Source: a virus
Strand: one strand, 5' to 3'
IMG/VR virus record: IMGVR_UViG_3300042691_032880
Location: 32,001-96,000 of that record
Length of the DNA: 64,000 bases
A program made the position numbers and the translations under genes. Below, piece by piece: positions 12,201 to 17,135 of this stretch. Under the pieces are notes generated by a model. The model had not been told where the DNA came from, made no database searches, and worked only from the letters and a program-made list of their open reading frames with translations. Each line of letters starts with the position of its first letter. Position 1 is the first letter of the stretch.

Positions 12201-12238
12201 GTATCTTCAAGGTTGCTTGCGGGAATCCTACAGCTCAT
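275..12238 (-). CDS. Giant virion-packaged multidomain DNA-directed RNA polymerase (crAss-like, two-barrel), with zincin and GNAT-like domains
   Basis: 3987 aa. AGSDFDIDTLY (DFDID at 3713-3727) preceded by TRIPT, the catalytic signature of crAss-like/phi14:2 gp66 RNAPs. Upstream PFDGQS and KQS beta-like motifs. HETFH...EEYLAD zincin motif at 8543-8557. Lies after muzzle and cargo genes as in crAss-like phages. Confidence 0.9.
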   Translation of the reverse strand: MSCRIPASNLEDTLFNAFRKDINKYKHLSAVINDVLKLNIPEEAKMHAIWYYSGFMHSAAFKEERLQTKEWSEGKYLRVQQLIEPMITGKIPFDYSYILTSEKGLQSIFPAPATPAPTVTTKVKKGVLELFESNPELANAVYEALGFNKSTFDTKGITLSEETSVGWMSIQLNNKKIGRVKFVNNGEKGQLGLSIEINEEYQNKGYGQIVHILMSDLAKKDYNSNLYSDYQNSSQEIQLLNSLVKKGYAEKIGDIGKASEEYPDSFVTQERAFRIKTSDEIRNVTPQQKQQALQIYSQYLQTTNNPTIEGFKEFVSGKPTTAPAAPVEVEDIPPTTQELIASEIADLADVADNYLLDTFKNIVTLIDSNKESITSDMALAYLENALREVNSRKDSTSKVTIGNVINEEIKKRSQGKEEGEMYIPLPKVPGIGFYKNRPLYEFRRANGEKFEAGYDTVNKRYIYYDPSNPEIHETEIERLPGDQITAIYKKDNGETIDKETLQVRMKLGDVLTGLILGTEKEELSEKLVRDELASTLPVDMRFYDAIRIVAGFQTVDFNRKRLERIRAAYPQRTIETSELPVQVQALQEGKGPILTFIKPIEGFTITVTNPQGDKSFEIDPLTNLAFVYPDNTVVPLDIDNNTHVEMLRNMIRIRNDKAFESVTDIYRYTEDITEAQLDELKKSINTYKAFQMEVTRRLESTGDQSNVDIRDIFFKYYDLTNSPNKLEYKGDEEGAPLAQHIKAFEGRLPMVTQKYNESGELMGDPAEERIPIVVRKTKNVWEIVDTLTLNAASPINKKIIGESGKTYLTIDSYLKGEFGINVAEYMKNFPTWTAAYLNFKVVKDTLKPVAEPMIPKEMVNSPADMVDFIATMLHAFQNASIEKGNTAMIDLDKNGWGFNVIDGIRAEFVILSQVGDKKTFGIKFTMLPNEKNTDEMVEKFNAYSKNFNIKLNRDTLNELYDNLNKVLDYTGTKITKDMSIEDVSREASTAGLVTPVSFPALNELFETYSKFTDEISNGFSKVINTYDTNVSNGRVSGGLLTDKFMTYGLFSGKSLRVFRRGEKLDQLYSYVMVKTTQNNELNLSRKDTAKRVVLPSTVRMKASRPASKTPSSDISSPVINVDHSEPAIDPGIISEPGPGYIDPNTLSEGNAIDDTAFSIVESLEGFLALSEEDFLSEIETAKEFIPSLFEFVRKNFEDVNVDGHALGYLQGEMIALNDALKAKGVAYHETFHVVFRRLLTPEQQTYYLKKAGETLGDYKTDGKGKYIQVGSRKVYASEFRKQRGYVHLSDSQIKDLIYEEYLADSFQSFMADNKVPRTWMQKLFAYLKKLLNLFKKGGRIDNLFYDITLGRFKTAQVRERTTDVERLYSMDFKGIPYLTMDRNNKLMFGNQVIPSGVVSEVSDKMIYYMASIKTAKPDLRDNVVYNLARERILEEYKIENLIAKNPENKAAIIERYGFQYDSTRWLLGALHEEGETFMYRNYTGNLQYQNNPIVNNKVQTNISRFNATKFMNSIMEEYNSVYKDSIEMDMDELDATLKREDDEQESGQQFADAGFANKAPYEGSAYFRMMFKYIPYEYYDSKVGITRTRMIDSKLIFSTIRKITANLQKEEIVPRIVAEIQRLESDIFQYNDELQSQIEQNGIRTPDDITDMIDLRDSLKAVYNVLVDSVGMNPLGYATKNKHILVMFQDVFNTVDARLMQVQLKTKQEWDAENKRFVATGQDYYVSDIVVQGDINKIRNDLRERVTNMRFGMDEIKPSLDVLDEITVTYRNEKNLKQEFMTEDGMFNDAKFRSFVNKVYVAVSKFNLNIPYSVIYTSLGLQAFVGLGGNVNMFHSDSELRMILRANQNLIKEIKNLNYSFWSSQLKMLMSKSAVRTDKERQKQIERGITDDDLKRFLTAYVDSMGEFIMKYNPRISGSVTRDANGNLVNKYVKATPAYVVMMKLQSMFDSVTGKIDIQEGLNKLINEDYMGMTEYFRDNPMLNADIPVLKFFLENLSVGAFAGFSQNFNIFQQFKEGETSTFKTIDDKAYMLSMFGLFTKMTETVIPGTTEKLTTFKRILTQYEATSTSIVVDGLFTNYYDEKGNPVSRNNVKLVTDHVMKMMRQEYNLMLKNFKELNEEGVRRYKGYNTSEKDENGNSLRGFTFNVLSDMFGVNVDPTRIDSALGQRIDLREDLIDLARNNTPFDAILSNPSSKTAIVKAIDSYVNEQYQRFETYLSEIGVQDVDLPLTASPEQFKRNFFANTWVNGMFVNQLFDGPIAVGVKDFANFFKRQKSGAASGSNIYDPSRAEYGNTKTYRSAVIKEIVMYLDNADLSKPMQPTPFLDEDGKPLKSNRKISPFDGQSIHTMDRRMRIADSLGLLDYDSMQIMKRMRFETRSTKEYREGVEKLREAGIVFNSVKSLTAAPMVTIKQSEHTLIRKEVSMLRQGLNYETSMKELEDLYAQADYYAMLIESGAGNEPLTYDPEMSDYDFMKLTSGQPQEEDMTKSLVESYMGIMQQIHSYYRPAVKGPLGGFLHNMLNSMELHRIEQVYDPTSSKKSTVAPLNFDMAQDARPGAYLDLESAVENVPNDLTYLQVETSKITKKVTSGIQQKLLLISQMSKDDPRYKEIRKDLEAYQEGLADFVKSQTERMKRMFNTNDKNIIKKLYANISAGLKEQGADASILQYFELDTTKNQPINPPDMPRLERIMVYYFFSMFNKNIYDKKIEGRKYYHVSPILFPVMEMDGQIVKRMDYKRDPKKYEKATSRYLNMSVEEVVDPKTKEKIKKYTFEVIVPRELEKVDQAFLEKYLSEFFATRIPTEDRRSMFVAKVVDYMDEAYGSNIAAPFQIHLLAGSDFDIDTLYAYIKASYYALDGTRIPYGEYSHYIEKYGMSVPEAKFIEYLTSMSNDELLEDKVNEEVRKIKNQTGYMKESAIAFGEYFEGGKMQEYFNENADILDQPETKQNKKILIPFQRLIATANILRELEASSLPASPGQLVQYITQTKTNPVPEIILNDTLDAKVRILSNEKVFDRFFADTGMRADAVVDDYKNAVERRGLSEKEIYNKQNLYTPTALAVARSLNSESKDSLGIAASFNKGVSMLATINAEMVSNITNSFYQEIVQANPKTGKTSTKIQKVTTDRIVDDAVQLVGSLIGIYADAANNPYPGPLNMNRTTTPVLASMLASGVPKMAAIMFQSLPVIKDIITEYNQTYGSAYSSTQRRFRVSLQKFITKRLDSIKKELNSELINRGLMSDGTLVSDSYKIIYNDDIKPDTQEQISTGTVPIDNFGYRIEDSKGLPVSMEIENLILLNEFNKYLQFGNEISFGITKLTDPLKALRPDFDRFDSLVNDYTKAKAGKLKFFTKATMEKLFETYPVLDENMKSIMYMSDVSRMIMMERTSFMKGLVSLFNTEYGYDVMDIRKDLKSFLAMQIQRSALEEKKDSVAAQIYLEQLDPKNFLGGQVISDYHSLLKAYPNNEFLLAIKTVNIGPPRSGMKVLEIATSKLGSSGKEKAFTDLMFLLESPNVDEKIKAFRIAYHGMIKAGGNMTVGGYYDLLPSFLSRPMAEGIWKLQKRLVDLDKLILSKHKEIDNQDGTYSLPEAAETEYQNAIDSIFSDTFGGMKLDDLITESISKIVSMRLNDESVEEKTSLIRRDKFENISDEQFVQFFETVTPDNHQFIIAKREFKDKLKDEAKITISRPQIRGGVAATAKANSYDLYTPDVTGKLTITIPDITDETADDVRMLLRAADIQGNFKDGFKFPLYKTNIYGQIMVLKKIDGQGIGKTFINTLLETEMGIGSNALELRGKSAEYETVVKQGTSKISPFAFNNQQGAEIHNMINTKPQSTTIMREIKLPDSVNVIPQINKAYQLSESETPSSAIAGRTLTRMDGSKVTTQEQFYRYAYDPRTQRIIQYNPLDETYAEVLFKNDPQRFDNFARIMFNTPTWDALKNDSRFEGFMKGESYIFVYDLVNSVYNPLENRPDGITIKDMDDQIEQEENKCKNP
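8300..8620 (-). other. Zincin-like metallopeptidase domain within the RNAP polypeptide
   Basis: GVAYHETFHVVF (HExxH) followed about 65 aa later by YEEYLADSF (third-ligand Glu) and a W..KLF..LK helix. Boundaries approximate. Confidence 0.75.
11290..11880 (-). other. Low-GC inserted module with GNAT acetyltransferase-like domain in the RNAP N-terminus
   Basis: IEINEEYQNKGYGQ matches GNAT motif A (Q/RxxGxG). Counted GC is 15/60 at 11521-11580 and 17/60 at 11581-11640, versus 30/60 at 12001-12060. Flanked by Pro/Ala/Thr linkers. Confidence 0.65.
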
Positions 12239-15200
12239 TACTCGCAGTATGTGGAATTTTCATTAAGTGAATTGAAGGGATTGATTCCGTCATCCTTCAC
12301 AGGCGCAGCAATGGATGCGTCTATCGATTCCCGTATGTTTTTGAGTTTTTTGGAAGAGATCTTGTTTATCATGTTTGTCTCCCTTCCTATACGCATATTG
12401 ACCATTCCCGTAGTAGATGGACGGGTGGTCTTTGCGGCTGCCTTTTTACCTTTCTTTTCGAAACTGGTTTGTACCTGATCAACAGCGTCAGCTACGCTTT
12501 TCTTCTTTGCTCCCTTTTTTGGTTTAGACTCTGCTGGTACTGTCTCATCACCTCGTTTGCGTTTTGAGGGCTTACCAGCTTCAGTAGACTTCGCATCTCG
12601 TTCCTTTTTCGAAGTATTTCGCTTCGTAGCTTTTCGGTCTCTTGCTTGTTTGGTTCCATCCTTGTCTTTTTCTGTAAGTAAGGTATCAATAGGGTTTATG
12701 TATTCCTTGGTAAGCTGTGTAAGGAATCCATTGACAATCGGATTGTTAATGTAAATACTCCACTGTTTCTTTATCTTCTTCCTAAGGTCACCTGCCCACA
12801 GTGCTAACTCAACGAGTTCATCTGCAGTCATTTGACCTCTTGTCTCTGAATTACCAAATTTAGTTCTTAATTCAGTAATATTATCAGGAGTATTGACATT
12901 TATTATCTTGTTCAGCTTGAACTGGTCCATTATCTCCTGACGCACTCTCTTGGTCGTCGACTCTTCGGTAATGACCGTATCTATAGCTGCAATTGCCTCA
13001 TCCAACGCATCACTCATGTCTTGCATATCCTGAGGATCAGTAGGCACCTCAGGCATTGCGAAGTTGATAAAGGCATTGACTACCGCAGCATACTGTTGTC
13101 CCTTATCGGAATTACGAACGCTTAAACGCTGGGGAATCATTTTGACGTTCTTACCCTTGCGTCTTTCCTGTTGCCATAAGAATGCACTCAGTTCTCCAAG
13201 TTCATTATACTCAAGGGTATAATATATACCGTTTATCTGAACAGCTGTAAGTTGCTTTCTTCCTGTAACTTCATCAAAATCAAGGAAATAGTCTACAGCA
13301 AGCTCTCCTTCTTCGGTAGCTTCAATGACAGGATTAGGATTAGGAGAAACAACTGCCGCATTCTCAGGAGCCAGCATTGGATATGCTAGACTCAAACCAT
13401 CGTAGTCATCAGTAGTTGTCTCTTCATTTGACTCTGGTAGACTGGTAACTGCACCATCAGACCATTCAATCGTGAATGCTCCTTCAGGAGTCATTCGCAA
13501 TGTACCACTCTCACCATTCAGAACAACTGTCTGGTCAACATGATTTATAAGCTTCTTTTTCTCATTGTCAAGTTCCTCGACCAACTCTGCACTTTCCCGT
13601 TCCGTAGGTTTGTTCAAAGCGGCTTGGTATTCCTGGTATTTGATTTCTTCAATTACATCCAAGTACTGCCTTAACTTCTCAAAGTTGTCGATTGGAACTT
13701 CGCCTTCACCTGCGATAAGTTCATAGGTCGCAGGTATTGTAACAGTATCAAATGCGATACGGGAACCATCAGGATGCTGATAATGGCGATTTATAGTACG
13801 TTGTGCAGGGTCGCTGCTATCATAAGGAAATCCGTCTGCAAGCTCATCAAGGTTATAACGCATTGCAATGTAAGCGTCAGCTTCATCATATTTGTTTGCG
13901 TCATAAAGATCATAGACCGATATTGGCAGTTTGCTGCGTGCAATAGCTATATCTTCCTCACGCTTAGCTTGTTCCTTTTTGATTTCCTCTTGAGCCTCTT
14001 TGAACATTCCCAGAAGAAGTTCATTCTTCTTCTCTACCAGGTTGTTCATGATCTCCTGTAACTTGTTATAGTTCTTATAGGTACCGTACGGGGTCTTGCT
14101 GAACTCAAGCAAATCCTGCATCAACTTCTGGGTATCCTCGTTTTCAAAGAACTTCTGTCCCTCACTACCGAGTTCCTTGAGCATGTTCAACTGATCGTAG
14201 AGCAATCTTGCATGCGCACCTGCTCTAGCATCCATTGAGTTCTCATAGAACTTGGTCATGTTATCTGGATCACTCAGCAGATTGACCGCCTGCATGTATT
14301 CGTGATGATCCTTTCCAAGAGTTATGTAATCGTATATGTCAGTGATTGCAGAGTAAACCTCCTCCTTGTTTACAACAGAAGTCAATCCCGCCTGTTTGTT
14401 TTTCAAAGCAAGGTATTCGGCAAGGTTGTCTGCCACACTCCTCATTTCTGAGTTTATCCTCGATGCCTTTGGACGAGTGTAACGAATCTTATTGTCAGGA
14501 TTGTTGGGGTCAACCTCCTCGACACTTTCATACATCTCATCTTTTATCTTTTCCAGGAGTTCAATCTCCCTTTGCTTAGAGGCTATTATGTCCTTGGCAT
14601 TCTGATCCAGAATACCAGATTCCTGCAATGACTTTATCTCGTTGTTGAGTATCAGAACCTGGTCAGATATTTCCTTTGAATCCACAATGGTATTCCAAGA
14701 ACTAGCCAGACTATTACCGATACTTTTGAGTTGACTGACTCTTCTGATTATCTCCTCACTGCGTACTGTAGCCTGTTGTCCTTTGGCTTCAGCAAATGCA
14801 ACCGTTTCAATCGCATCCATCAATGCAGCCTTGCGGATGCTGTACTTCATCTTGGATGAAGGATCCTTCATGTATTCATCCAGACTCAACATCAAACCGT
14901 ACTTGGTCTGATATTTGTCATACAACTCACTGAAGGTATTCACATTGGATGCGATTTCATCCATTACCTCCTTTGGAGAGGATTTCTTCAAGTCCTTGGG
15001 TGTGTAACCGAAAGCCTCCTTGAATTCTTTTTCACTGAAGTTTTCACCGTAACCCTTTAGGAACTGGTACATGTAATCCATTGTACCTGTACGCTTTGCA
15101 TACATGACCGCCTGTATGAGAGCGGAATCCTTGTTGTTGAAGTATTGGTATTTATTACCGTTTGCAACCGCATCACGCATGTTCTGACCATATTCGGTCT

Positions 15201-17133
15201 GTAACTTGAGTGTCTTGAGATGCTCGTTCAATACGTTCTTACTTACATCGCTACTGTTATAGAAGTTGTTAAGGACATCTATCATCCTTCCAACCGACTC
15301 AGCTTGTTCTTTTGATTGAGCTGAAAACGCCTTGTGTGCGTATTGCGCGCTGTTTACTATGGGGTTGACAAACATACCTGTCATAGCACCCATCAAGAAT
15401 ACCTTCGCACCTTGTTTACCCAACTGCGATTCAACAGCTTCATTAAATGACTCACCCCAATTGTTCACACCATTGCGATACAAGTCAGTGTAATAGTCTA
15501 CATAGAATGCATTAGTACCTTCTTGCAGGTTTTCCTGGAGACCTTCAACTACTTGAAAATTAGTGACTCCGCGCAATACATCCTTACCGATTTCCCATGC
15601 AAGTACTTTCTTTCCAAAATCCCTTTTGATTTGACCAGCAACACCGATTGTTCCAAACAAACCTTGGAAACCTTTCAGTTGGTAGTGTTTTGGTACACCT
15701 TTTCTGATTACGGTTTTGACACCAAGGTCCCTTGCAAGATCGCTACCTACGGCATTTTTGAGCTGAGTAAGTAACCTGGAATCCATTCCAAACCTTCCAA
15801 GAAGATTCCCAAACATGATCTTATTGCTGATAGCAAGTATCGCAACGTTGGTACTGAAGGTGGATCCAGCACTCTGGAATGCCATGTTTCTACGCTGAAG
15901 ATACTCCTCACCTGTGAGTGTTGTCTTACCATTTAACTCATCTAGAAAAGCATTATGGTCCATGAACTCCTTGTAGTTCGCACCCATTTCAATGGCTGCT
16001 TCACCAGCTGCCATCTGCCATTCTGCAAATGATCTACGGAGTCCACCTGCACCTATCTGCATGATTGCTCCAGTGGTCAACTCAGCATTTCTTGCAGCTG
16101 ATGCAAGTCTTGCAGCATCAGCCATGTGTCCGACAAATGGAATTTTAGATGCAATTTTCATCGCATTGTCCCATACGTTGACACCAGCTGCTGCACCAGC
16201 TAATCCTGCGTTGGTTGATGCATTCATCAACCTGAGATCTTCAACTACAAGCTTACCAGTTCTTGCTGGCTGTTGTAACATGTACCTGCTGGCACCAAGT
16301 TCGAAAGTTCCAGCTTTCGTAGTGGAAAGCTTTGCAATGTCATCCGTAGCGGAAGCATTGAACATTCTAACCACATTACTCCAGAAAGTATTAAGTTTGG
16401 AAGTGGTGTTTGCAGCTTGTCCTGCAACCACACCTGCAGCTGGAGCTACACCACCACGGGACGCAAGTGCTCCTGATACCAAAGATGTTGCAGCCCACTC
16501 AGTACCTAGTTCCGCCAGCGTACCGAAAGTATAACCGAGATTCTGTATTGTTTCAGCAAGAAATCCCTTGGTAAGGAAGTCGTCTTCGGTACCGCGTTCG
16601 TAAAATATCGGATTCTCCTTCTGACTCTTTTCGAGTTCATAAGCAAGCATTTCAGTCTCTCCCTCTGTGGGTTTGAGATAATCCGCATCAAGATTGAATA
16701 ATGCTTTTGCAGCTCGTGGCCATACGTATGCTGATTGTGAAAACGAAGCCATGAAACTGTCTTTGAATCCTCCCCATCCTGTGGCTACTGCATCCCATGC
16801 ATCCCAATTCTCCAACGCAAGCTTTTCGTTGTTAAGCGAAGGCATGTAGCGTTCATTATATATATTGGGAAACTGGTCATACCTCTCTTTTCCTTCCTGA
16901 CTATAGGTTACTCTGGTGGTATAGTCAGCAGCCTCTTGATCCTTACTGTATTTTGCAGAAGCATTGTCAACTGCGGATAAGAAAGGATCCCTCACTGGAG
17001 TAGATGGACTATCCATGTTCTGATCTTCCGCAACAACAGGAGCTGTCAAATTTGCATCAGGTGTCTGCATATGATCAGCAGACAACCCATTCATATCAAA
17101 TTCTTGGGAATCAATACCTAAGATGTTGTCCAT
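12238..17133 (-). CDS. Large virion cargo (ejected) protein
   Basis: 1631 aa. Gly/Ala-rich hydrophobic N-terminal third (AAGEAAIE and EGLQENLQ motifs, typical of crAss-like cargo), helical middle, Lys-rich tail. TAATG-coupled to the RNAP. Confidence 0.75.
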   Translation of the reverse strand: MDNILGIDSQEFDMNGLSADHMQTPDANLTAPVVAEDQNMDSPSTPVRDPFLSAVDNASAKYSKDQEAADYTTRVTYSQEGKERYDQFPNIYNERYMPSLNNEKLALENWDAWDAVATGWGGFKDSFMASFSQSAYVWPRAAKALFNLDADYLKPTEGETEMLAYELEKSQKENPIFYERGTEDDFLTKGFLAETIQNLGYTFGTLAELGTEWAATSLVSGALASRGGVAPAAGVVAGQAANTTSKLNTFWSNVVRMFNASATDDIAKLSTTKAGTFELGASRYMLQQPARTGKLVVEDLRLMNASTNAGLAGAAAGVNVWDNAMKIASKIPFVGHMADAARLASAARNAELTTGAIMQIGAGGLRRSFAEWQMAAGEAAIEMGANYKEFMDHNAFLDELNGKTTLTGEEYLQRRNMAFQSAGSTFSTNVAILAISNKIMFGNLLGRFGMDSRLLTQLKNAVGSDLARDLGVKTVIRKGVPKHYQLKGFQGLFGTIGVAGQIKRDFGKKVLAWEIGKDVLRGVTNFQVVEGLQENLQEGTNAFYVDYYTDLYRNGVNNWGESFNEAVESQLGKQGAKVFLMGAMTGMFVNPIVNSAQYAHKAFSAQSKEQAESVGRMIDVLNNFYNSSDVSKNVLNEHLKTLKLQTEYGQNMRDAVANGNKYQYFNNKDSALIQAVMYAKRTGTMDYMYQFLKGYGENFSEKEFKEAFGYTPKDLKKSSPKEVMDEIASNVNTFSELYDKYQTKYGLMLSLDEYMKDPSSKMKYSIRKAALMDAIETVAFAEAKGQQATVRSEEIIRRVSQLKSIGNSLASSWNTIVDSKEISDQVLILNNEIKSLQESGILDQNAKDIIASKQREIELLEKIKDEMYESVEEVDPNNPDNKIRYTRPKASRINSEMRSVADNLAEYLALKNKQAGLTSVVNKEEVYSAITDIYDYITLGKDHHEYMQAVNLLSDPDNMTKFYENSMDARAGAHARLLYDQLNMLKELGSEGQKFFENEDTQKLMQDLLEFSKTPYGTYKNYNKLQEIMNNLVEKKNELLLGMFKEAQEEIKKEQAKREEDIAIARSKLPISVYDLYDANKYDEADAYIAMRYNLDELADGFPYDSSDPAQRTINRHYQHPDGSRIAFDTVTIPATYELIAGEGEVPIDNFEKLRQYLDVIEEIKYQEYQAALNKPTERESAELVEELDNEKKKLINHVDQTVVLNGESGTLRMTPEGAFTIEWSDGAVTSLPESNEETTTDDYDGLSLAYPMLAPENAAVVSPNPNPVIEATEEGELAVDYFLDFDEVTGRKQLTAVQINGIYYTLEYNELGELSAFLWQQERRKGKNVKMIPQRLSVRNSDKGQQYAAVVNAFINFAMPEVPTDPQDMQDMSDALDEAIAAIDTVITEESTTKRVRQEIMDQFKLNKIINVNTPDNITELRTKFGNSETRGQMTADELVELALWAGDLRKKIKKQWSIYINNPIVNGFLTQLTKEYINPIDTLLTEKDKDGTKQARDRKATKRNTSKKERDAKSTEAGKPSKRKRGDETVPAESKPKKGAKKKSVADAVDQVQTSFEKKGKKAAAKTTRPSTTGMVNMRIGRETNMINKISSKKLKNIRESIDASIAAPVKDDGINPFNSLNENSTYCE
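12492..12659 (-). CDS. Possible nested out-of-frame small protein (55 aa)
   Basis: ATG at 12659 with A-rich leader (ACAGAAAAAGACAAGG). Product MEPNKQETEKLRSEILRKRNEMRSLLKLVSPQNANEVMRQYQQSLNQKREQRRKA is amphipathic-helix-like and overlaps the low-complexity tail of the 1631-aa gene. Confidence 0.35.
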   Translation of the reverse strand: MEPNKQETEKLRSEILRKRNEMRSLLKLVSPQNANEVMRQYQQSLNQKREQRRKA

Positions 17134-17135
17134 AA

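Noticed and set aside
275-12238. Intein or intron explaining the RNAP size; N4/T7-type single-subunit RNAP
   Set aside because: No internal Cys and no recognisable splice-junction or homing-endonuclease motifs; the frame is continuous; DFDID indicates the two-barrel crAss type.
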